A stretch of DNA of 63,070 nucleotides, counting the filler, from Chthonomonadaceae bacterium (GTDB lineage Bacteria > Armatimonadota > Chthonomonadetes > Chthonomonadales > Chthonomonadaceae): assembly GCA_035650735.1 (NCBI GenBank). It is 3 parts of 3 records of this genome, joined end to end, with 100 filler letters (N's around TTAATTAATTAA, not from the genome) between each part and the next. Parts side by side here need not be neighbours in the genome. Positions count along the whole stretch, not along the records: positions 1 to 29,451 come from DASRGZ010000105.1; 2 more parts are not named here. One strand, 5' to 3'. Below are positions 8,660 through 15,876 of this stretch, piece after piece. The notes beneath the pieces were generated by a model. It made no database searches and had not been told where the DNA came from. It worked only from the letters and a program-made list of their open reading frames with translations. The first letter of the stretch is position 1; each line of letters begins with the position of its first letter. The position numbers and the translations under genes are program-made.

Positions 8660-10327
8660 TTAGGCCTCGGAGCCGGGCTCCGTCTCCTCTCCGATCGGTT
8701 CCTCGGTCGGCTCCTCGAAGCTAATATCCTCGAGGTCTTCGTACTCTTCTTCGGGGCTCGGGCGGCGTTCCCGGCGGCGCTCTCGTTCGCGCCGCTGGGC
8801 CGCGAGGGCATCGCCAATGGTAAAGCGGGGCTCCTCGCCACGGCCCGGCGCGTAGCGCGCGTAGTCCTCACGCTCGGGCCGCTCCCGTTCGCGGCGTCCA
8901 CCACCCCCGCCCTCGCGGGGAGCCGCCGGCTCCTCCGGCTGCAGAGCGCGCAGCGAGAGGGTCATTTTGCGCTCTTCCGGCCGCAGGTCAATGACCTTGA
9001 CGGTGACCTCTTCGTTGGTGGATACGGCCGGTCCCTTGCCTCCTCTGCCGCGCGGCATCTCGCTGTTCGGGATAATCCCCTCGACGCCGCCCTCCACCTG
9101 CACAAACGCGCCGAAGGGAACCAGGCGCGTGACCGTGCCGGTGATGACGTCGCCGACGTGGTAGCGCTGGGCCACAGCGATCCAGGGATCGGGCAGGATC
9201 TGGCGCAGACCGAGGGAGACGCGGTTGTTGTCCAGGTCCAGCTTGAGCACCTGCACATCAATTTCCTGGCCTTCGCGCAGCACCTCTTTGGGGTCGTTGA
9301 TGCGCGTCCAGGACATTTCGGAGATATGCAGCAGCCCATCAATGCCGCCCAGGTCCACGAAGGCGCCGTAGTTGGTCAGCCGCCGCACGACGCCGCGCCG
9401 CACCTGCCCAACGGCCAGGCTGGATTTGGTTTCGGCGCTGCGCGCCTCCCGCTCCTCCTGCACGGCCAGCTTGTTGGAGAGGACGACCTTGCGCCGGTCC
9501 TTATCCACCTCGATGACTTTGAGCGGAATGGACTGGCCGACGTACTTCTCCAGGTTGTTCTTGAGGCTGCCGGTGCCCACGTGAGAGGCTGGAACAAAGC
9601 CGCGAATGCCCAGGTCCACCACCAGCCCGCCCTTGACCCGGTCGGTGACCATGGCCACGAGCGTTTCGCCGGTCTCTTTGGCGTGCTGCACCCGCTCCCA
9701 GGCCTGCTCGAAGTCGGCCCGCTTCTTGGAGAGGACAGGATTGCCCTCCTGGTTGGCCGGCTCCAGCACGAAGACCTTGATCCGCTCCCCTACCTTAACG
9801 ACGTCGTTAGGGTTGACATTGGGCTCGCGCGAGAGTTCGTTTAAGCGGATGATGCCCTCGGATTTGGCTCCCACATCTACCAGCACGCCCTCCCGGTCCA
9901 CGCGCATGACGGTGCCCGTGATGACATCGCCCTCGTGCAGCTGGCGCAATGATTCATCGTATTGATGATTCATATCGAGGGCCTGCATCGCCCGCTCGAA
10001 TTCGCCGGTGTCCGTGCCGGCGCTGCTGGCGACCGAGGCGGCGGCGGGGGTCGGTTCCGGCGCGTGGGTCGAAGCCAGCGGAGCGCCAGGCACCTCCGGC
10101 TCCGCCGGGGCCGGCGCCTCGCCTGCCTGCTGTGCATAGGCGACGGGGCTGCTCGGCGGTTCCGGCGGGGCCGGGGCCGCTGTATCCGTCACTGTCGGGG
10201 GCGCGCCCGTTTCGGAAGAGAGAGGTCCAGCCGCCGTGGGTGCGCCGGTTGGATTCTCCGCACGGCCATCGTCCGGCTTACTTACGGTAGCCGTTTCTTG
10301 CTTTTCCTGAACCATCTCGTCAGACAT
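8660..10327 (-). CDS. rpsA: 30S ribosomal protein S1 (4 S1 domains, long Pro/Ala-rich N-terminal extension, acidic tail)
   Basis: DVGAKSEGII, VKGGLVVDLGIRGFVPAS, YGAFVDLGGIDGLLHISEMSW, FGAFVQVEGGVEGII. AGGAG upstream of ATG 10327. Confidence 0.93.
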   Translation of the reverse strand: MSDEMVQEKQETATVSKPDDGRAENPTGAPTAAGPLSSETGAPPTVTDTAAPAPPEPPSSPVAYAQQAGEAPAPAEPEVPGAPLASTHAPEPTPAAASVASSAGTDTGEFERAMQALDMNHQYDESLRQLHEGDVITGTVMRVDREGVLVDVGAKSEGIIRLNELSREPNVNPNDVVKVGERIKVFVLEPANQEGNPVLSKKRADFEQAWERVQHAKETGETLVAMVTDRVKGGLVVDLGIRGFVPASHVGTGSLKNNLEKYVGQSIPLKVIEVDKDRRKVVLSNKLAVQEEREARSAETKSSLAVGQVRRGVVRRLTNYGAFVDLGGIDGLLHISEMSWTRINDPKEVLREGQEIDVQVLKLDLDNNRVSLGLRQILPDPWIAVAQRYHVGDVITGTVTRLVPFGAFVQVEGGVEGIIPNSEMPRGRGGKGPAVSTNEEVTVKVIDLRPEERKMTLSLRALQPEEPAAPREGGGGGRRERERPEREDYARYAPGRGEEPRFTIGDALAAQRRERERRRERRPSPEEEYEDLEDISFEEPTEEPIGEETEPGSEA

Positions 10328-10344
10328 GATACGATCCACTCCTC

Positions 10345-11271
10345 TCAGCGCGGCCTATTCTTCGGAGTCTCAGGGCTCTCAGGAAAGTCCGCGACGGGTT
10401 GACAATGGGGGCAGAGGGTCGTGCCTCGCCCGCTCAGATGCATTTTTTGAAGGGCCTGGCCACAGGTCGGGCACGACTGACCGGGCCGGTCGTTGACTTG
10501 CGACGCATAAATTCCGGCGAAACTATCCAGATTTGCCTGCTGCGCTGCCAGCCTCTCGGCCAGCGCGCTGCCCTGCGCGACCGCCGCGCCCAGGATGGAG
10601 ACGATGGCCTCATGGAGACGCGCCACCTCGTCCGGGCGCAGCCGATGGGCCAGACGCGCCGGATGCAGGCGGGCGCGGTGCAGGCACTCATCGCAGTAGA
10701 TGTTGCCCAGCCCCGCCACGACCTGCTGCCCCAGCAGCAGCGGCTTGAGCAGGCCGCGCCGCCGCGCCAATTGCCGGGCCAGATAATCAGAGGTGAAGCC
10801 GGGCTCCAACGGCTCCGGCCCCATCGCGGCCAGGCCGGGCAGGCTGCGGCAGGCAGTCCCGGCAGACACTAAGGCCCATTCTCCCCAGCGCCACATATCG
10901 TAGTAACGCAGGGTACGCCCATCGGTAAGCCGGAGTTCTGCGCAGAGGTAGGGGCCGGGCGGATCGCTCTCGGACTCGATCCTCAGGCGACCGCGCATCT
11001 TCAGATGGATAACAAGATCCCACGCGCCCTGTCCTTCCGGTGCGGCGGCGTCAGGGCCGCCCCTCTCCGGCTTCTCCAGGCGCAAGAGCAGATATTTCCC
11101 TCGTCGGCCTACCCCTGTAATCACGGCGCCGGTCACCGCCGCTGCCAGGGCGGCCGGGTCCGGCGCGCGTAAAATCTTGGCCGCGATCAGAGGGACCGCC
11201 TCAATGCGCGCTCCCGCCACGCGCCGCGCCAGCAGTTGGCGCAGAGTTTCTACCTCCGGCAGTTCGGGCAC
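10345..11271 (-). CDS. mutM: Fpg/Nei family DNA glycosylase (atypical MutM)
   Basis: N-terminal PELPEVE, RRGKYL, HLKM, H2TH motif GLGNIYCDE, C4 zinc finger CPTC..RGTTLCPHCQ. Confidence 0.88.
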   Translation of the reverse strand: MPELPEVETLRQLLARRVAGARIEAVPLIAAKILRAPDPAALAAAVTGAVITGVGRRGKYLLLRLEKPERGGPDAAAPEGQGAWDLVIHLKMRGRLRIESESDPPGPYLCAELRLTDGRTLRYYDMWRWGEWALVSAGTACRSLPGLAAMGPEPLEPGFTSDYLARQLARRRGLLKPLLLGQQVVAGLGNIYCDECLHRARLHPARLAHRLRPDEVARLHEAIVSILGAAVAQGSALAERLAAQQANLDSFAGIYASQVNDRPGQSCPTCGQALQKMHLSGRGTTLCPHCQPVADFPESPETPKNRPR

Positions 11272-11274
11272 CCG

Positions 11275-11431
11275 CGGTTCACCCCCACGTGTGTAGGGAA
11301 TAGGGCCTTTTCGGGCTCACAGGCGCGAGTCAGCGGCCAATACGGTGAGATTCTACGCGAATACGTGGAATCCTGCCGTATCTTAAACGAAATCAAAAAA
11401 CTTTTGGTTCACCCGCGCTTGGGGAGAATAG
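11275..11431. repeat. Orphan type I-E-like CRISPR repeat (11275-11303) plus one degenerate copy (11405-11431); not a functional array
   Basis: 29-bp CGGTTCACCCCCACGTGTGTAGGGAATAG resembles the I-E CGGTTCACCCCCAC...GGGGAA repeat class. Second copy TGGTTCACCCGCGCTTGGGGAGAATAG. Both are followed by GGCCTT. Confidence 0.5.
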
Positions 11432-11655
11432 GGCCTTACTCTCACGCGCCGCTATCCGCTTTGGCTATTATAGCATGTAATGTGGCCAGAGTCACGGCTA
11501 AATCACATCGCGCCCTTATGCTATCTGACAGCGTTAAGGGCGCTTCAAGTTGCGCGAATCTAATTCGGGAGGCATGGTTGGCCAGAGAAATGCCGGGCCG
11601 GAGGGTAGCTGCCGGATCGCTTGGAGCGGAAGCGGTACGGAGAGCAGCAGGGCGG

Positions 11656-12957
11656 CTATTTGACCGCCTCCGGCAGACCTGCCGGGGCCGCTTCGGGCTG
11701 GGGCTGGACCGAGGGTGGCGGGCGGTCGGAGGGGATATGCTTGTGCGGGCGCATGTGCAGCCAGTAGCGGCGCACCATCACGCGCACCAGCGCGGCCACA
11801 GGCGCGGCGAAGAACATTCCCAGCAGCGCGCCAAGCTGCCCGCCAATCAGCAGCCCGCCCAGGTTCCCGCCGATCAGCAGGACGACAATGATGATGACCG
11901 GGTGGAGCTCCATGCGGTCGCCGATGATCAGGGGCATAATAAACTTGCTCTCGGCAAAGTGCAGGAAGGTAAAGAAGGCCAGCACCGCCAGCGCCGTGCC
12001 CAATCCTTTGGTCACCAGAGTCAATAGAACAATCGGGAAGCCGCCTATGATCGGGCCGATGATGGGGATAGCGCGCGTGATCCCCGCCAGCACGCCCAGG
12101 ATGACCGGGTATTTGACGTTGAGGAGGGCCAGACCGACTCCGACGACGACCCCGGCCAGTACGCACAGGATGAACTGCCCGGCGACGAAGGCGCGCATGA
12201 TCCGGTTAAACTCATCTATCGTGCGCAGCGTCTCGCGCCGGTAGCCGTGCGGCACCAGGGCGATAAACTCCCGCTTGAGCTTGTGGCCGTCAATGATGAA
12301 GTAGAAGGCCAGCACCGGCAGCAGGACGATCTCGACGATGTTTTTCAGGCTCTCCAGAACATAGCTGCCGGCCTGCGCCACCATATTCGAGAGGATCTTG
12401 GGCAGATCCGACTTTTTGATCATGTCCTCGACTTTGTCGGACTGCGCCCAGGGCGGCGCGTGCGTGTTGTACCAGGTCAGGCATTTCTCTTTCGTGTCCC
12501 TGATCTGGCGCTGCCCCTCTTCGCTGGCGATGTTCTTGATCTCGCTGACAAAGGGCGTGACGACGAACCGGGTGCCCTGCCAGAGCACGAGGACGGCCAG
12601 GAGAAAGACATAGAACGTGGCGTAGACGCGCAGGATGTGGCGGCGGAGGCGGACACGGTCGGGCTGTGGTGGCCTGGAGTAGCGGAACATGCCCAGGAAC
12701 ACGCGGCGGTAAGCGCTGACCACGCAGGCGGTATAGTAGGCTAGCTGGCTATGGAAATGAACAAAGCCGGGGCGGCGGGACATCCATTCGACAATCGGGT
12801 CGAGGACGTAGGTAATAATAGCTGCGACGAAGAGGGTAGTGATGATGCCACGCAGGCGATAGCAGGCGTAGAGAACGGCGCCAATCAGTGCCAGCCGCAC
12901 CAATAGACGCCAGATGGCGTTGACCGTACTTTCGGAACGAGTGGCCCAGACGGCCAT
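11656..12957 (-). CDS. AI-2E (PerM/TqsA) family transporter
   Basis: Multiple TM helices, AAIITYVLDPIVEW, AIPIIGPIIG, LHPVIIIVVLL..GALLGMFFAAPVAA. ATG 12957 with GGAGGAG RBS. Confidence 0.9.
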   Translation of the reverse strand: MAVWATRSESTVNAIWRLLVRLALIGAVLYACYRLRGIITTLFVAAIITYVLDPIVEWMSRRPGFVHFHSQLAYYTACVVSAYRRVFLGMFRYSRPPQPDRVRLRRHILRVYATFYVFLLAVLVLWQGTRFVVTPFVSEIKNIASEEGQRQIRDTKEKCLTWYNTHAPPWAQSDKVEDMIKKSDLPKILSNMVAQAGSYVLESLKNIVEIVLLPVLAFYFIIDGHKLKREFIALVPHGYRRETLRTIDEFNRIMRAFVAGQFILCVLAGVVVGVGLALLNVKYPVILGVLAGITRAIPIIGPIIGGFPIVLLTLVTKGLGTALAVLAFFTFLHFAESKFIMPLIIGDRMELHPVIIIVVLLIGGNLGGLLIGGQLGALLGMFFAAPVAALVRVMVRRYWLHMRPHKHIPSDRPPPSVQPQPEAAPAGLPEAVK

Positions 12958-12980
12958 ACGCTCTCCTCCCCGGATAAAGA

Positions 12981-13171
12981 ATCCACAGATTACACAGATT
13001 AACACAGATTAAAGGCAAAAAGACAAGATTTTAGACAGGATGAACAGGATTTACAGGATTACACAAAGGTAGGCAAGCCGGGCTTGTCTGTATGATTGAA
13101 ATCCAGTTCATCCCGTTAATCCTGTCTGAATCGGTTTTTTAAATCTGGGTTAATCTGTGTAATCTGTGGAT
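12981..13171. repeat. Nested palindromic element built from ACAGATT/ACAGGAT short tandem units
   Basis: 12981-13010 and 13142-13171 form a 29/30 inverted match. Inner arms ACAGGATGAACAGGATT and AATCC..TTAATCCTGT. Confidence 0.8.
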
Positions 13172-13186
13172 CATGCAGTGCCTGAC

Positions 13187-15709
13187 TTACATGCGGCGGC
13201 GGCGCGGGGGCGGGCGGCGGCGGGCCGCGCTAGGCCGCGCTGGACCGGACGGCGTCGCCGGGACAGCGCGCTCGGCCCCGGTCATGCCGCCTTCCATAGT
13301 ACTTGACTCTACGGCGGCGGGCGCGGCAGGTTTCGGCGTTACTAGTGGGCGCTCTGCGGGAGCGGCGGTGATACGGCCTCCCGCTCCGGCTGCCGCCAGG
13401 GCGGCATCCCGCTGCTTCCACATCACCAGCAGGACGCTCGCGTTGAAGATGGACGAATACGTTCCGCTGATGATACCAATGAGCAGGGCTGCCACGAACA
13501 GGTGGATCACCGAGCCGCCGAAGAAGAACAGGGCGAGCAGCGTCAACACGACCGTAAAGGAGGTGTTGATCGAGCGCGCGATGGTCTGGTCAATGCTGCG
13601 GTCGGCCAGGTCGCTGAAGCTTTCGCCCCGCTGCCGGTGCGCTAGGTTTTCCCGGATGCGGTCAAAGATGATGATGGTATCATGCACGGAGAAACCGATG
13701 ACCGTCAGCATGGCCGTCACGAACAGGCTGTCTATCTGCCAGTTCAGGAAGTAGCCCAGGATGGCAAACGCGCCCCAGACCACCAGCACGTCATGCAGCA
13801 GCGCAATGACGGCGCAGGTGCCGTACTTCAACCCCTCCACGAAGCCGCCGATGGCAAAGCGGAAGGCCAGGTAGAGCACGATGAGCACGGAGGCGGCGAT
13901 GACGGCGTAGATGGCGTTCCAGGTCAGCTCCTTGCTAATGACGCCGCTGACGTTGGCGTAACCCACGTTCTGTCCGGGCGCCAGCGGACCGACCTTGCTG
14001 ACTAGGGTGGACACGATCTGATCGCGCTGATCCGGAGTCAACTGCTCGGTGGTGACGTAGGCCATCTTGGCCGTCGCGTTGACCTCATTGGTGACGACGA
14101 CGCGGCTATCCTTGTAACGGGGGCTGACCGAGACCAGTGCGTTCTTGATCTCATCGGCGGAGTGGCGCTGCGCGAAGGGCACCTGAAGCTCCGTGCCGCC
14201 CCGGAAATCAATGCTTGGCTTGATACCGTGCAGGCCCAGCCAGAAGATCAATCCAGGAATAATGATCGCGCCGGAGATGCCTAGCCACAGCCACTTGCGC
14301 CGCATGACGTGCATGTGCGGCGCGACCTGGAAATTGACGCCGTAGAGGGCCGGGTTCTGCGCCCAGCCTCTGCCGACCAGGGTGAACAGGAACGTCCGCG
14401 TGACCGTGATGGCCGTGAACATACTGATCGCGACGCCGACGCCCAGCGTCAGCGCGAAGCCGCGAATGGGGCCGGTGCCGAAGTTGTACAGGACGATACA
14501 GGTCAGTATGGTACAGGCGTTCGAGTCAAAGATGGCGGTAAAGGCGCGCTTGAACCCGGCATCAATGGCGGCGCGTAGAGGCTTGCCGCTGCGCAGCTCC
14601 TCCTTCAGCCGCTCGAAGATCAGGATATTAGCGTCCACCGCCATACCGATAGAGAGGATAAATCCGGCGATACCCGGCAGAGTCAGGGTAATCGGATAGA
14701 GTTTGAAGACGGCGATGGAGAAGAGCGTATAGAGCACCAGGGCGATGTCGGCCAGGAAGCCGGGCAGGCGGTAGTAGAACAGCATGAACAGCAGCACCAG
14801 CCCCAGGCCGATCAGGCCGGCGATGGTGGTGGCGGCGACGGCCTCACGCCCGAGCGTGGCCTCCAGCTTGCGGACTTCCACCGTCTCCAGGGGCACGGGC
14901 AGCGCGCCCGCGTTAAGCTGATCGGAAAGGGCTTTGGCGCTTTCTAAGGTGAAGTTGCCTTCAATGATGCCCTTGCCGGGGATGACGCTGTTGATGGTCG
15001 GGGCCGTCAGCAGCCGCTTATCCAGGAAGATGGCCAGGTAGTCGCCGATGTGAGCGCGGGTGGTCTCCTCGAACTTGGCCGAGCCTTCCGCGTTGAACTC
15101 GAACTCGATGACCGGGCTGTTGGTGGTCGGGTTGATGACCGCGCGGGAGTTGGGCAGCAGGTCTTTGCCGGTCACGATGGGCGGGCGGCTGAAGACGTAT
15201 TCATCAAGCTGCTGGGGCGTTAGCGGCTGGCCGGTGTTGTTGTCAATGAGCACCTCCTGCCTGCCGTTTTTAGTCTCCTCCTCGCGGATGCTCCAGGTGG
15301 CGGGCCGGGTGCCGTTCTTGTTGCCCAGTTGGGGCAGCAGGTAGAACTCCAGGCTGGCGGTGGATTGCAGTTGATCCAGCGCTTCCCGCTCATTCTTGAG
15401 GCCGGGAAGCTCGATCACCACCTGGTCTGGCGGCTTGGTGATGATGGCCGGCTCAGAAACGCCCGTGAAGTTGACGCGCCGCTCCAGGATGTTGCGCACG
15501 GCTTCGAGCTTGCCGGCATCCCATTTGCCGCCTTTGTACTCTTCTGTTTTGGCGCGCAGCACCACGCGCACGCCGCCCTGAATGTCCAGGCCGTAGCGGG
15601 CCCGCGTGTCGCCGATACCGGGCACGCGATTGGAGAACGTGACCACTGCGGCGAAGGCGGCAAGCCCGACGATGAGCAGCCACATCCATCTAGTTTGTTT
15701 GCCGGTCAA
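13187..15709 (-). CDS. secDF: Protein translocase subunit SecDF (fused)
   Basis: GLDIQGG, LNAGALPVPL, IGMAVDANILIFER, IDFRGGT, IGFSVHDTIIIFDRIRE, GTYSSIF. TTG 15709 with GGAGG RBS. Confidence 0.95.
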   Translation of the reverse strand: MTGKQTRWMWLLIVGLAAFAAVVTFSNRVPGIGDTRARYGLDIQGGVRVVLRAKTEEYKGGKWDAGKLEAVRNILERRVNFTGVSEPAIITKPPDQVVIELPGLKNEREALDQLQSTASLEFYLLPQLGNKNGTRPATWSIREEETKNGRQEVLIDNNTGQPLTPQQLDEYVFSRPPIVTGKDLLPNSRAVINPTTNSPVIEFEFNAEGSAKFEETTRAHIGDYLAIFLDKRLLTAPTINSVIPGKGIIEGNFTLESAKALSDQLNAGALPVPLETVEVRKLEATLGREAVAATTIAGLIGLGLVLLFMLFYYRLPGFLADIALVLYTLFSIAVFKLYPITLTLPGIAGFILSIGMAVDANILIFERLKEELRSGKPLRAAIDAGFKRAFTAIFDSNACTILTCIVLYNFGTGPIRGFALTLGVGVAISMFTAITVTRTFLFTLVGRGWAQNPALYGVNFQVAPHMHVMRRKWLWLGISGAIIIPGLIFWLGLHGIKPSIDFRGGTELQVPFAQRHSADEIKNALVSVSPRYKDSRVVVTNEVNATAKMAYVTTEQLTPDQRDQIVSTLVSKVGPLAPGQNVGYANVSGVISKELTWNAIYAVIAASVLIVLYLAFRFAIGGFVEGLKYGTCAVIALLHDVLVVWGAFAILGYFLNWQIDSLFVTAMLTVIGFSVHDTIIIFDRIRENLAHRQRGESFSDLADRSIDQTIARSINTSFTVVLTLLALFFFGGSVIHLFVAALLIGIISGTYSSIFNASVLLVMWKQRDAALAAAGAGGRITAAPAERPLVTPKPAAPAAVESSTMEGGMTGAERAVPATPSGPARPSAARRRPPPRRRRM

Positions 15710-15831
15710 AACGAACCTCCCGAAAAATCCGATCCTCTTGTCCTCTTGCCTGCTTGAAGGCACACACGCCAAGAGGCGCGGAGCGAAACCCACTCGTCTC
15801 CGCGCAGTATTGAGCGTCTCAGAGTCCTACT

Positions 15832-15860
15832 ATTATAGACCGCAGAGGCCCGCTTGTCAA
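15832..15860 (-). promoter_or_regulatory. Consensus sigma70 promoter of secDF
   Basis: TTGACA-N17-TATAAT on the minus strand. Confidence 0.8.
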
Positions 15861-15876
15861 GTTGGATACGACCCGG

